Assembly: GCA_043803405.1 (NCBI GenBank)
Contig: JAZDKB010000018.1
Span: forward strand, 128,001 to 192,000
Reading direction: 5' to 3'
DNA length: 64,000 nt
DNA from: Spirochaetota bacterium
Lineage (GTDB): Bacteria > Spirochaetota > UBA4802 > JAFGDQ01
Shown: positions 41,294 through 51,643 of the stretch, one piece after another
How positions within the stretch are numbered: the stretch's first letter is position 1
Layout: every line of letters starts with the position of its first letter
The notes under the pieces: model-generated
What the model was told of the DNA's origin: nothing
What the model saw: the letters and a program-made list of their open reading frames with translations, nothing else
Database searches by the model: none
Translations under genes and position numbers: made by a program

Positions 41294-41979
41294 TATGCAT
41301 CCTCCCCCAGGGAGATGTCTTTTGACAAAATTCCGTCTTTAAGTGTTATTATGCGTGTGCCATAAGCCGCAGCTTTGGGGTCATGTGTCACCATGACTAT
41401 GGTCTGGCCCTGCTCGTTCAGGGATTTGAGGAGCAGGAATATCTCTTCTCCCGTATGGGAATCGAGGTTGCCGGAGGGTTCGTCTGCAAGCAGCACATCC
41501 GGGTTTGTGATCAGGGCGCGGGCAATGGCTACCCTCTGCATCTCGCCGCCGGAAAGCTGCTCCGGCCTGTGCCCGGTTCGCTCTCCAAGCCCGACCTTCT
41601 GCAGAAGCGCATCAGCTTTCGGTTTTATCTTCGAAAAAGGGACGCTGTCGAGTAGAAGAGGAATGCCGACATTCTCTGCTGCTGTAAGCAGTGGAAGAAG
41701 ATTAAAAAACTGAAAAATAAAGCCTATGCGTTTACGCCTGATGAGCGTAAGCTCGTTGTCGCTTATCCCGTGAAGCCCAACATTATCGATAAAGACCTCG
41801 CCGGATGTCGGCTGATCCAATCCTCCCATCAGATTTAAAAGCGTACTTTTCCCGGAACCGCTCGGCCCCATTATGCTTAAAAACTCGCCTTTTTTAATAG
41901 TTAAGGAAATATTGTTCAGCGCATGAACTTCTTTTTCACCTTGTTTATATGTCTTTGTAGCATTCTTTAATTTAATCAT
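41293..41979 (-). CDS. ABC transporter ATP-binding protein (LolD/MacB type)
   Basis: [27 protein letters not shown]. Confidence 0.95.
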   Translation of the reverse strand: MIKLKNATKTYKQGEKEVHALNNISLTIKKGEFLSIMGPSGSGKSTLLNLMGGLDQPTSGEVFIDNVGLHGISDNELTLIRRKRIGFIFQFFNLLPLLTAAENVGIPLLLDSVPFSKIKPKADALLQKVGLGERTGHRPEQLSGGEMQRVAIARALITNPDVLLADEPSGNLDSHTGEEIFLLLKSLNEQGQTIVMVTHDPKAAAYGTRIITLKDGILSKDISLGEDA

Positions 41980-41990
41980 ATACTATACTC

Positions 41991-42533
41991 CTATCGCAAA
42001 TTGAATTCGCGAATTTTATTTTCAGAATGAGTCAGCCATTTAATGTCTGCCTCCGCGTGAAACAGGCCTGCGTCCATTAGCAGCTCCGTTACCAGGCCGT
42101 TAAGGCTTTGGCGCTCTTTTTTTAAAGCCACTTTTTTTCGTGTAAGGCGGTTCATTTGCTTCAGATACATTGCTTTCTGTTTTTCGATCAGTTCAAGTAC
42201 AGGCTCAGGATGTTTTTTATCCATAAATACGAGCTTAATAAAAAACTCATCGCGAAGCGCCCGAACTTTACTCACAGGCGTAGTCAGCCATTCATCCAGT
42301 TCCTGGCGTCCTTTCTCCGTAATACTGTAGATCTTTCTATCAGGACGCTTCTCCTGGGATTGCCTGTCATAGGTAACAAGCTCTTCCTTCTCAAGGCGGT
42401 CCAGCGTAGTATATATCTGGCCATAGTTGAGTCTCCAGAAATCACCGACCTTTTCATCAAAGCTGCTTTTTAATTCGTATCCGTGCAGGGCTTTCTCGGC
42501 TAAAATCCCAAGCATAGCAAACTTAATTGACAT
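41991..42533 (-). CDS. PadR/AphA-family transcriptional regulator
   Basis: HGYELK, GQIYTTLDRLE, RKIYSITEKG, C-terminal AEADIKWL. Confidence 0.93.
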   Translation of the reverse strand: MSIKFAMLGILAEKALHGYELKSSFDEKVGDFWRLNYGQIYTTLDRLEKEELVTYDRQSQEKRPDRKIYSITEKGRQELDEWLTTPVSKVRALRDEFFIKLVFMDKKHPEPVLELIEKQKAMYLKQMNRLTRKKVALKKERQSLNGLVTELLMDAGLFHAEADIKWLTHSENKIREFNLR

Positions 42534-42557
42534 TGTTTAAGTCTCCAATGATAATAT

Positions 42558-42575
42558 CTATATAATAGTATATAG
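42558..42575. promoter_or_regulatory. Candidate PadR operator
   Basis: Inverted repeat CTATATA-ATAG-TATATAG 25 bp upstream of padR start; AT-rich so may be chance. Confidence 0.3.
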
Positions 42576-42806
42576 CTAAAAGTATATAACAAGTGATAAA
42601 AATTGACTTTTATGTCAATATTATTTTTGATTTTTTTTATAAAATATGTTCGATAAAGTTTATTTCAGGAATTTTATTAAATTGTGAGAGGGGTATCCGG
42701 ATGCAGGAATATGATTAAAAATCAATGTCAATCTGACAAGTTATCTGACTTTTTATAAGATTTAATATTTCAAATGAACCCTGGATATGTCCCTAGATAA
42801 TACAAT

Positions 42807-42900
42807 GTCATTTCGAACCCTGTGCCTCCCAGGCGAAGTCGCTGGAAAGCAGGGCTAAAAATCTATTCTTATTGAGATTTCTCCCTTCGGTCGAAATGAC
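42807..42900. repeat. GTCATTTCGA-family REP-like palindrome
   Basis: GTCATTTCGA...AGATTTCTCCCTTCGGTCGAAATGAC, 10-bp perfect ends with inner stems. Confidence 0.75.
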
Positions 42901-42918
42901 CTTATATTTATTAATGTA

Positions 42919-43416
42919 CTAATCTATCTTGCAAAACAACGAACCTTTAGCTCCGCATACCGGGCATGTTCCGGGCGCTTCCTTCTCGGCAGTGAATCCA
43001 CATACAGGGCAAATGTAATATGAATATGTTTCCTTAGATTTGCCTAAACTGTCCAGAAGATTCTGGTAAAGCTGAGCATGTATTTTTTCTACTGAATTTG
43101 CGAACGAGAATGTCCTCTCAGCAGCCTTGTTCCCTTCGGATTTTGCAGCTTCAATCATCTCAGGATACATGCTTGTGAATTCATGAGTCTCGCCCGAAAC
43201 CGCTTCCTGAAGATTCTCTTTTGTGCTCTTAATCCCGTTAAGCACTTTTAGATGACTGTGCGCATGTATAGTCTCTGCTTCTGCAGCTGCGCGGAAAAGC
43301 TTTGCTAGCTGGGGATACCCTTCCTGGTCTGCTTTCGCCGCAAAAGCAAGATACTTTCTGTTTGCCTGTGATTCTCCTGCAAAGGCCTCTTTTAAATTCT
43401 GTTCTGTTTTCGACAT
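42919..43416 (-). CDS. rbr: Rubrerythrin
   Basis: AFAGESQA, ExxH di-iron motifs, CPVC...CPVC rubredoxin domain. Confidence 0.96.
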   Translation of the reverse strand: MSKTEQNLKEAFAGESQANRKYLAFAAKADQEGYPQLAKLFRAAAEAETIHAHSHLKVLNGIKSTKENLQEAVSGETHEFTSMYPEMIEAAKSEGNKAAERTFSFANSVEKIHAQLYQNLLDSLGKSKETYSYYICPVCGFTAEKEAPGTCPVCGAKGSLFCKID

Positions 43417-43487
43417 GCTTAAGTTTCTCCCTGTATGATTAAATATTGCTGTCTTTGGCCTTCAAGCGTTCTAAAGACAGCTTAACT

Positions 43488-43853
43488 CTATTTGCCTGAG
43501 CTTGCATCTATTAATACATTACCGCGCGTGACCCTGCTTGCTCCTGTCTGTTTAAGAACAATTGCTTCCTCGTATTTGCTGGTTAAATCAATCTCCAGAT
43601 CGTCTTTTGATAAAACTGAAACTTCTCCCATAATATCAGTTCTGCCTTTGTTTAATAATATAATAATGGGTGCTGACGTTAATCGTTTGAACCTTAATTC
43701 CGCTAGTTCACCGTTTGCCCTTCCGAAAACAGTTATTGATAACATACCTTTTTTTACTGCGTCATTTACTCCGACCTTTTCTGCTGCCATTGCAGCTGCC
43801 GAACAAAATATTAGGGACAATGCAAAGCAAAAACAAATCATTGATTTTTTCAT
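43488..43853 (-). CDS. Hypothetical exported protein
   Basis: Signal peptide ending AAMA; RBS AAGGAG; hairpin at 43448-43481 downstream. Confidence 0.7.
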   Translation of the reverse strand: MKKSMICFCFALSLIFCSAAAMAAEKVGVNDAVKKGMLSITVFGRANGELAELRFKRLTSAPIIILLNKGRTDIMGEVSVLSKDDLEIDLTSKYEEAIVLKQTGASRVTRGNVLIDASSGK

Positions 43854-44072
43854 TTGATTTTCTCCTTATGTTTAATTTTAAAGAAACTGATGTTTCTGTT
43901 TTTAATGATCTTTATTAAATCGGCTTAATTATTAAAAACGCGTTTTTATTTAAAAGATACTTTATGCAAGGTCCTGTAATGCAGATCAATTTGTATTATA
44001 TATTTTTACATAAATTATAACAAGCTAATTTTATAAATTGATAATTACGACTGCATTAGTTGCCGTAAAATT

Positions 44073-44453
44073 TTAATCCAGAACACCCAAAGGCATTGGT
44101 ATGAGCTGCTTGTTATTGTTCATGCATATTATATCAACCTCTGCTTCCACCATTCCCTGGCCGTTAAGCTCAACACGCTGAATTAGCCTGCGCCTGAATT
44201 CGCTCCTGTCCTGGCCGACTTTTGTCACAACCTGAAGATTATCCCCCAGCTTTGCAGCCTTTAAAAATTTTATTTTCATCTCATATACGGCAAAGTTGAA
44301 TCCTTCCGCGTTATACTGGCTTATTGGTTTGCCGTTCCTGGATACAAATTCGCTTCTGGCCCTTTCCATATACTTAAGATAATTAGCATGATATACAATA
44401 CCGAGACAATCCGTATCTTCGTAATATACCTTTACATCTATTCTGTGTTCCAT
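44073..44453 (-). CDS. YbgC/FadM-family acyl-CoA thioesterase; start ATG 44453
   Basis: VKVYYEDTDCLGIVYHANYLKYMERARSE. Confidence 0.92.
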   Translation of the reverse strand: MEHRIDVKVYYEDTDCLGIVYHANYLKYMERARSEFVSRNGKPISQYNAEGFNFAVYEMKIKFLKAAKLGDNLQVVTKVGQDRSEFRRRLIQRVELNGQGMVEAEVDIICMNNNKQLIPMPLGVLD

Positions 44454-44657
44454 AAATAGCGTCCTTACCTGTAATGAATATACTATGTCTGTGACTAAAA
44501 AAAATACCTGGGAGATTGTCAACAGATAAAATATTATTACATAATAACCCGATTGCACCGAAAGCTGGTGCGATAACACCGGAGGAATACTACAGGGTAT
44601 TTTATTTGACTTTTTAAAAATATTAGTATCACACTATAAACTATTTTTCTGATCTAC

Positions 44658-44685
44658 GGAACTTTTATTGATCTTTATTGTCTAA
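44658..44685 (+). promoter_or_regulatory. RpoE-type ECF promoter upstream of the VWA lipoprotein
   Basis: GGAACTT-N16-TCTAA, 30 bp before ATG. Confidence 0.55.
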
Positions 44686-44715
44686 AAAATATAATAAAAA
44701 ACCGGAGGCATTATA

Positions 44716-46587
44716 ATGAAAAAATTACTATTTCTGATAATCGCATTTGTTTTTATATTCGGATGCGCTGATTCAAAAATGGCAAAAGTATCGTCCGATG
44801 ATAAAAGCTTAAGAGATGAAGTGGCTGCAGACACATCTTCGGCCAAACAGGACATGGAAAGGGCAAAGGCTTCTTCCGAAGAAAAAGACGCATCCGGCTA
44901 CAAGGAAGCAAAGAAGGCATCTGAGCCGGCATCGCCCTCGAAAAAGAAGAAGAACGGGGACAGCAAGGCGGACATGGCAGCTCCGGCCGGAGCGCCTTCT
45001 CCTCGTGAATCGTCTGCCGGAGCAGGCGTTGGCGGCGGAAGGAGCACAGTGCCGTCATCATCAGGACTAAAGGCAGGCTTTGCGGACGACAATAAGCAAT
45101 TCAATTACTTTGTAAAATTTCTTGAACAGTACAAAGGCTCTGCGAAGCATTATCCTGCAAATATTGAGGAACGCATTATACTTAAAGTATTTGATTTCAA
45201 AAACAAAAGCATAGCCAATGCAAAGATCGATATTTTTGCTGACAAAAAACAATTATGTTCCGGAAGAACATACGCGGACGGCAGCTTTTTGTTTTTTCCT
45301 TCAGAGTACGGGAATAAGCCTGCGGCTTACAGGGCTGTAATTACATCGCAGCAGAAATCAAAAGAAATAAAAATAGACAGGCAGGGCAAACGTGAAATTG
45401 ACGTAAATTTTGACGGGCTTCGTCCTGAGATGAAAAATATTCCTATAGATATTTTATTCATTCTGGACACAACTGGCAGCATGGGCGAAGAGATAAGCAG
45501 GCTTAAAGACACAATAGAAATAATCAATATGAACATCGCGTCCATTTCAAGCAAGCCGAAGGTTCGTTTCGGCATGGTTCTGTACAGGGATAAAGACGAA
45601 GAATACCTGACAAAAATTATTCCGCTTACTGACGATCTTGACAGGTTCAGGGAGGAGCTTAACAAAGTTGAGGCCAACGGCGGTGGAGACGGGCCGGAAG
45701 ATCTCCAGTCCGCATTATCGGATGCGTTAACTAAAATAAAATGGAATAATAACGGCATACGCCTTAGCTTTATTATTACGGACGCTCCCCCTCACATTGA
45801 CTACGGGCAAAAATACACTTATATAAACGCAGCCCGTGACGCGAGACAAAAAGGAATAAAGATATTCTCCGTAGGCACAGGCGGCCTTGATATAAACGGC
45901 GAATACGTTTTAAGGCAATTGTCGCAATACACGTATTCAAAGTATATCTTCCTTACTTACGGCGAAAGAGGCGAGGCTGAAGGCGGGAAGGAAGGCAGCG
46001 TGAGCCATCACACAGGCGCGAATTTTCAGACCGACAAGCTCGAGAGCATAATCATCCGCTTTGCAAAGGAAGAGCTTTCTTTTCAGTCGGATAAGCCTCT
46101 GGAACAGGGAGAGGAATTTATTCAGGCTGTTAAAATAAAAGACGAGCAGAACGAAGCGACACTTAAAAAGCTTAATGACATGTGCATTGCACAGCTTATT
46201 GATTATTCGTCAATAGGCATTCCTTTGGGTACAACTGTAAGCGTAATTCCCTTTGCTTCGGACAACAAAGCGCTTAAATCAAATGCCGAGTATTTTACAG
46301 AACAGATGGCCTTTTCGCTTGCCAGGAACAAGACATTTAAAATAGTTGAACGCAAGGATATGCAGAAAATCCTTAAAGAGCTTGAACTTCAGTTTACAGG
46401 CCTTGTTAAGGATGAAAGCGCTGTTAAGGCAGGCAAACTCATCGGCGCAAAAATGATAATTACAGGAAATATTTACGAAAAGCCAGCCAATTATGAGATA
46501 TTTTTAAAGCTGCTGCGCGTTGAAACAGGGGAAGTGGTTTCCGTTAACAAGCTAAGAATAGACAGAATGCTTGGACTTTCAAAATAG
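44716..46587 (+). CDS. VWA-domain lipoprotein with C-terminal CsgG/FlgO-like domain
   Basis: Lipobox IFGC, disordered linker, MIDAS DILFILDTTGSM, GGGDGPE, TDAPPH; C-terminal FKIVER..KAGKLIGAKMIITG. Confidence 0.85.
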   Translation: MKKLLFLIIAFVFIFGCADSKMAKVSSDDKSLRDEVAADTSSAKQDMERAKASSEEKDASGYKEAKKASEPASPSKKKKNGDSKADMAAPAGAPSPRESSAGAGVGGGRSTVPSSSGLKAGFADDNKQFNYFVKFLEQYKGSAKHYPANIEERIILKVFDFKNKSIANAKIDIFADKKQLCSGRTYADGSFLFFPSEYGNKPAAYRAVITSQQKSKEIKIDRQGKREIDVNFDGLRPEMKNIPIDILFILDTTGSMGEEISRLKDTIEIINMNIASISSKPKVRFGMVLYRDKDEEYLTKIIPLTDDLDRFREELNKVEANGGGDGPEDLQSALSDALTKIKWNNNGIRLSFIITDAPPHIDYGQKYTYINAARDARQKGIKIFSVGTGGLDINGEYVLRQLSQYTYSKYIFLTYGERGEAEGGKEGSVSHHTGANFQTDKLESIIIRFAKEELSFQSDKPLEQGEEFIQAVKIKDEQNEATLKKLNDMCIAQLIDYSSIGIPLGTTVSVIPFASDNKALKSNAEYFTEQMAFSLARNKTFKIVERKDMQKILKELELQFTGLVKDESAVKAGKLIGAKMIITGNIYEKPANYEIFLKLLRVETGEVVSVNKLRIDRMLGLSK

Positions 46588-46612
46588 AGGACAGTATCAT
46601 TATACATCGATC

Positions 46613-46648
46613 AGGGGAGTTTTAATGCTTAGGCATATAAACTCCTCT
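46613..46648. terminator. Hairpin downstream of VWA gene
   Basis: AGGGGAGTTTTAATGCTT / AGGCATATAAACTCCTCT stem. Confidence 0.45.
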
Positions 46649-46781
46649 GTACTTCGGATATTTCCTCTTTGCATTCAATCCCATACTGAAGCTTCCCTTG
46701 GGAGCAGCAAATGCTGCTAAAATAATACTTGCCAATATGATATTTTTTATCAGGATGAGTTAATACTTCAGGAGAATTAAA

Positions 46782-48452
46782 TTGAAAAAGAACGATAACA
46801 ATATTCATCCGCTCGGCACACGCGCGCGTATTCTTTTATCCAGCGTTTTCGGGCCATATGCCCGGGACGACGAATACGGCAGCCGCGCAATCAATCCTAT
46901 GGAGCTTTACCACAACCAGGTAACGCGCGTGCAGGGCCCGTTCTCCCTGCGTATGTTTCACCGCTCGTTCGGGCTTATGCTTATACAGGAGAACGTAGAC
47001 GCACCGTGCACACTTCTCGACTTCCCAACGCTGGAGCGCTTTGCAGAAGAAATAAAAACAAAGGCTTATGATATTATAGGAATAAGCTCCATTATTCCGA
47101 ATGTAGGCAAAGTAAAAAAGATGTGCGAGATTATACGCAAACATGCTGCGGACGTCAAGATCGTAGTAGGCGGCCATATAGCAAACCTTCCCGACCTGCA
47201 CAAAATAATCGATGCTGACTTTATAGTAAAAGGCGAAGGCATAAGCTGGTTCAGAAAATATCTGGGACAGGATACTAAAGCGCCTGTTAAGCACCCTGCT
47301 GTCATCTCGGGATTCGGCAACCGCATTTTCGGCATACGCCTTCCGGGCAAGGACACTGCTGCTACGCTCATCCCTTCAGTAGGCTGCCCTATGGGCTGTA
47401 ACTTCTGTTCAACATCGCATCTCTTTGGAGGCAAAGGCAAATCCGTGAACTTTTATGAAACAGGTGATGAGCTTTTTAACGTGATACTCCAGATCGAAAG
47501 CAAGTTGAATGTGCAGAGATTTTTTATAATGGATGAGAACTTTCTGCTGTATAAGCAGCGTGCTTTAAGGCTTCTGGAGCTTATAGAGAAGCACAAAAAA
47601 AGCTGGTCGTTCTATATATTCAGCTCCGCAAAGGTCATTAGCTCGTATTCCGATGAACAGCTTCTGGGTCTAGGAGTATCGTGGATTTGGATGGGGCTTG
47701 AAGGTAAAGGAAGCCAGTACACCAAGCTAAAGGAGATCGATACCCGTTCGCTTGTTAAACATCTCCAGTCCATCGGGATCGGAGTGCTCGGATCAAGCAT
47801 AATCGGGCTCGAAAATCACACTCCGGAAAACATTGAAAGCGTTATCGATTACGCGGTGAGCCACGGCACGGATTTTCATCAGTTTATGCTTTACACTCCG
47901 ATTCCGGGAACCGCTTTGTACGAAGAGCATAAAAAAAAGAAAACACTTCTTCCGGAAAAAGAATGCCCTCTTCCGGATACTCACGGCCAGTACCGTTTTA
48001 ATTTTAAGCATAAATATATTAAAAATAAACAGGAGATACAATATCTTCTGCAGGCATTTCAAAAGGACTTTGAAACAAACGGCCCCAGCATTGCGCGGTT
48101 AATCAGGACTTTGCTTAACGCGTGGAAGCAGCACAAGGACCATGCTGATATGCGCGTGCGCTCGCGCATTCTCTGGGAAACACGCAGGCTCAGGGATGTG
48201 TACCCGGGCGCCGTGTGGGCAATGAGGAAATATTATAAAAAAAATAAATATATGTATGATAAGCTTTCGGAAATACTCCGTGATATTTACAAAGAATTCG
48301 GGATCATTGTCAGGATAATCGCGCCTGCTGTGGGTATGTGGGTGTACTTTAAGATCGCGAAGGAAGCGCACAGGCTCTCGTGCGGATGGACTTACGAACC
48401 TGAGACGCATTACGAAAAGAACGAAAAAGCTCTGGCTATGGAAGGGCAGTGA
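46782..48452 (+). CDS. Cobalamin-binding radical SAM enzyme
   Basis: YDIIGIS, IVVGGH, GEG, GCPMGCNFC, MDENF, YTPIPGT; TTG start with AGGAGA RBS. Confidence 0.92.
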   Translation: MKKNDNNIHPLGTRARILLSSVFGPYARDDEYGSRAINPMELYHNQVTRVQGPFSLRMFHRSFGLMLIQENVDAPCTLLDFPTLERFAEEIKTKAYDIIGISSIIPNVGKVKKMCEIIRKHAADVKIVVGGHIANLPDLHKIIDADFIVKGEGISWFRKYLGQDTKAPVKHPAVISGFGNRIFGIRLPGKDTAATLIPSVGCPMGCNFCSTSHLFGGKGKSVNFYETGDELFNVILQIESKLNVQRFFIMDENFLLYKQRALRLLELIEKHKKSWSFYIFSSAKVISSYSDEQLLGLGVSWIWMGLEGKGSQYTKLKEIDTRSLVKHLQSIGIGVLGSSIIGLENHTPENIESVIDYAVSHGTDFHQFMLYTPIPGTALYEEHKKKKTLLPEKECPLPDTHGQYRFNFKHKYIKNKQEIQYLLQAFQKDFETNGPSIARLIRTLLNAWKQHKDHADMRVRSRILWETRRLRDVYPGAVWAMRKYYKKNKYMYDKLSEILRDIYKEFGIIVRIIAPAVGMWVYFKIAKEAHRLSCGWTYEPETHYEKNEKALAMEGQ

Positions 48453-48739
48453 GTTGCGGCTTTTTCTGTTAGTTCCAAGTAGACCTTCTTCCTGCTTAGT
48501 CCGTCCCTGCTGACTCCGAAAGATTATCAGTCACCGTAAGGCCCGTCCCCGTCTTAGCAAAAATCCAGAGGTGATTCTTCAGTCGAACGCCTATCATCCT
48601 GAGAGTGCGTTGGAAAGCCATTGCTTCTGTGACTGCGTTTTACTATCAGGTACCTTTTTCTTCCCGGAAAAATCTCTTTAATAATAAAATATAATTTAAT
48701 ATAATATAATTCAGTTTTAAATTTTACGCGAGGTATTCA

Positions 48740-49777
48740 ATGATACGGATTAATATTAATTTGGTCCGTCAGGGAATGACTACCGCCGGTAACATTTATT
48801 CAGTCGACGGGACTCTGCTTATACCGATAAACACAACCTTGACAGGTGATTATATAAGGAAACTCAAACAGGAAGGTTTTGATTCCATATATGTTCAGAA
48901 TCCGCATATAAAAGGTTTAGAACCATTTGACCGGGAAATTGAGAGAATAAAAGCTGAAGCAACAAGTATAATTCACCGTGAATGCGCAGATATACGATCA
49001 GATAAAAAATTAAATCTATCATGTATTTACAATATATCTGAAATGATTGTCGATTGTGTGTTAAGTAATAGGAATCTGCTTATTCATCTTTCTGATATCC
49101 GTGCGCACAATGATTATACCTTCGGCCATTCTGTTAACGTGTGCATGCTTTCGATCATGACCGGAATTAAAATGAGATATAATAATACCCAGCTTCATGA
49201 ATTGTCCGTAGGTGCACTTCTTCATGATATCGGAAAACTTCTGATTCCGGATGAAATTCTTTCCAAGCCTTCAAAACTTGTCGGCGATGACTGGAAGATC
49301 ATGAGACAGCACGTTACTCTGGGTTACGAAATTGTTATGGAGAAAACCGGGAATGTATCGCCGCGTTCGGGTAACATTATACTGCAGCATCATGAGAACT
49401 ATAACTGCAGGGGATATCCGGCCGGACTGTGCAGTGATGAGATCGATGAATATGCGAAAATTACAGCAGTAGCTGACATGTATGACGCTATAACAGCTGA
49501 CCGCACATACAGGCCTGCATCATATCATCATGACGCTTATCACAGTATACTTGCCGCAAAAGGCGTGAGATTTGATCAGGAGATTGTCGATGTATTTATA
49601 AATAATGTTGCTAAGTATCCGATTGGAAGTGTGATTTTGTTAAGCACTTTCGAAACCGGTACTGTAATTGAAAGTTTTGCGGAAACCCAGGATCAGCCTG
49701 TAGTTAAAGTAATAGCTGATGAATACAGAAGGTCTCTGGCCGGCAACGGCCGGATTATTGATGCAACTTTATTTTAA
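48740..49777 (+). CDS. HD-GYP domain cyclic-dinucleotide phosphodiesterase
   Basis: YTFGHSVNV, LLHDIGK, QHHE, RGYP, VADMYDAITADRTYR. Confidence 0.93.
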   Translation: MIRININLVRQGMTTAGNIYSVDGTLLIPINTTLTGDYIRKLKQEGFDSIYVQNPHIKGLEPFDREIERIKAEATSIIHRECADIRSDKKLNLSCIYNISEMIVDCVLSNRNLLIHLSDIRAHNDYTFGHSVNVCMLSIMTGIKMRYNNTQLHELSVGALLHDIGKLLIPDEILSKPSKLVGDDWKIMRQHVTLGYEIVMEKTGNVSPRSGNIILQHHENYNCRGYPAGLCSDEIDEYAKITAVADMYDAITADRTYRPASYHHDAYHSILAAKGVRFDQEIVDVFINNVAKYPIGSVILLSTFETGTVIESFAETQDQPVVKVIADEYRRSLAGNGRIIDATLF

Positions 49778-50224
49778 AAAATTAATAATTTCCTGAATAT
49801 CCGGTAATTCCTTAATCGGATAAACCTTGACAAAGATAGCCTTTCTTTGCTCGTCGAGGATTACATTAGCCCGCTCAGAGAAACCTAACTTATCAATTAA
49901 TAATCCGAGTTTTGAAGCTAGTCCGCCATGCGGCCAAAAATCGGATAGTAAATCTATTCTTTCTATGCCAAGACTTTTTGCCCATGCCTTTTTACAGGGT
50001 ACTGCATCAATGGATAATCCCAGCGGAACAGTGTTCAATTTTTTAAAAGTCTCAAAGTTCGATTCAAGTGATTGCATCTGTTTTGCACAAATATCAGTCC
50101 ATGCTAAAGGATGGAAGGACATCAGTATTTTTTTCCCTTCCAATGCGGCGGTATCGAGGATTGTATCATTCTGGTTTTTTAATGAAAAATTTTCAAAATA
50201 ATCACCTGTCTTTATTCTAGTCAT
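49769..50224 (-). CDS. Peroxiredoxin (AhpC/TSA, AhpE-like); start ATG 50224
   Basis: FHPLAWTDIC (PxxxTxxC), LLSDFWPHG, SERA. Confidence 0.9.
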   Translation of the reverse strand: MTRIKTGDYFENFSLKNQNDTILDTAALEGKKILMSFHPLAWTDICAKQMQSLESNFETFKKLNTVPLGLSIDAVPCKKAWAKSLGIERIDLLSDFWPHGGLASKLGLLIDKLGFSERANVILDEQRKAIFVKVYPIKELPDIQEIINFLK

Positions 50225-50645
50225 CTTCTCCTCCTGATTTATTGATTGATAACCCTGCATATTATATATATGCTAAATCTTTTTTACAAACAAAATTTAA
50301 ACAAGATTATTGAGTAATGCTGGGCAAAGTACAGCAATCCAATATACAGTTATCAATATTCAGAAGCTCCGATAGAAGGAGGTAACGCAAAATTTCCGGA
50401 GTGATCAATTGTTATCCCTGTTTCCGAACATCTGCGAGATAACACATGGTGTACCTGGCATCCCTGCCGGAATTCGCGCTTTCTCAACAGAAAAAGGCAA
50501 TTTAAAACCGCCGGAACACACTGCATTTATAATTGTCTAACCGGAAAATATCCTTATTAAAATATCCTGCATATTTTTAATCCGCATGTCAGTATAACAA
50601 TCCCTGTACAGCGCCTTCACACATTAAAAAATTTTTCCGCGGAAA

Positions 50646-50676
50646 GTGACATTAATATCCTTCATATTTGTTTAAT
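50646..50676 (+). promoter_or_regulatory. Putative ECF promoter, copy 1
   Basis: GTGACA-N17-TGTTTAAT. Confidence 0.6.
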
Positions 50677-50759
50677 CAATAAAGCAATTCAGCGCATGAG
50701 TGTTCTGTTGTTTTTCATTATTAGCTGTGTGCGCTGATAAAATTAAAAAGGAGGTCATA

Positions 50760-51461
50760 ATGAAAAGCATGTCAAAATTTTTTGCCGTAATTTTAGCAGT
50801 ATTCCTCTTTGGCAATTCCGGAATCTTTGCCCAGGAAGCGGCAAAGGCCGCAACTGAAGCGGAAAAAATAACTAACACCGGCGAAACGCAGGATAAACCG
50901 AAGCGCGAGGTGAGTGCGCTTTTTAAAGGCATTGGGAAGGATACTTACATTTCCGGTTACGGTGCGCTTACGGGGTCATACTCAAGGATCAAAGGAGAAG
51001 ATGCGTTCCTGCCCGGCTTCCGTGCTGGACTCATACTGGATAACCTGGTAATTGGCCTGAGCGGCACATGCCTTGCGCATCCGAATAAAAGGAGCGACTT
51101 CGGGGATAATTCATATACGGACGGGAAAGACTACGTGGACTTCAGCTATGGAGGCGCAATGGTCGAATATTACTTCTTCCCGCAAAAACTGGTGCATTTT
51201 TCAATAGGCACTGTGATCGGCGGAGGAAGCCTCAGGTTTTCGTCAGACAGGGATGACGACGATGACAATGACAACAGGGGCGGGGATAAATTTTTCGCAG
51301 TGGAGCCAGAAGCGAATGTTTTCATAAATCTTGCAAGGTTCTGCCGCGTCGGCATAGGCGGTTCGTACAGGTACATCAATGGCCTGGATAATGATACCTA
51401 TAAAGACAGGCATTTCAACGGCGCGAATGTTAAACTGGTAGCAGCTTTCGGATGGTTCTAG
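50760..51461 (+). CDS. Small outer-membrane beta-barrel protein; start ATG 50760
   Basis: RBS AAGGAGG, signal peptide, YGGAMVEY, VEPEANV, GGSYRY, terminal FGWF. Confidence 0.75.
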   Translation: MKSMSKFFAVILAVFLFGNSGIFAQEAAKAATEAEKITNTGETQDKPKREVSALFKGIGKDTYISGYGALTGSYSRIKGEDAFLPGFRAGLILDNLVIGLSGTCLAHPNKRSDFGDNSYTDGKDYVDFSYGGAMVEYYFFPQKLVHFSIGTVIGGGSLRFSSDRDDDDDNDNRGGDKFFAVEPEANVFINLARFCRVGIGGSYRYINGLDNDTYKDRHFNGANVKLVAAFGWF

Positions 51462-51535
51462 GGCAATAGCACATACAGGGGCAGGGGCTGTATCACGCTA
51501 AAAAAAGCAGATTTGTTTATGATAATTTTTGCTGT

Positions 51536-51576
51536 AAATCCCCCCTACCCCCCTTTAAATAAAAAAGGGGGGTAGC
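51536..51576. repeat. CCCCCCTTT...AAAGGGGGG hairpin
   Basis: CTACCCCCCTTT-AAATAAA-AAAGGGGGGTAG; same family as 33289. Confidence 0.7.
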
Positions 51577-51643
51577 CGTTTCGCCTCAAACGATTTAAAT
51601 TTATAAATAGCTTAAAAATAAATTATTCAAGAGAGAAAAAAAA

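Noticed and set aside
42602..42619. ATTGAC-N6-GTCAAT palindrome as FNR/CRP-type site or padR -35
   Set aside because: Spacing and half-site differ from TTGAT-N4-ATCAA and no matching -10 at 17 bp; not supportable
50320..50530. c-di-GMP-I riboswitch (GGGCAAA ... ACGCAAA) near the HD-GYP gene
   Set aside because: Spacing and GNRA-capped stem do not fit the consensus; no recognisable ORF remnant either; an Rfam scan would settle it
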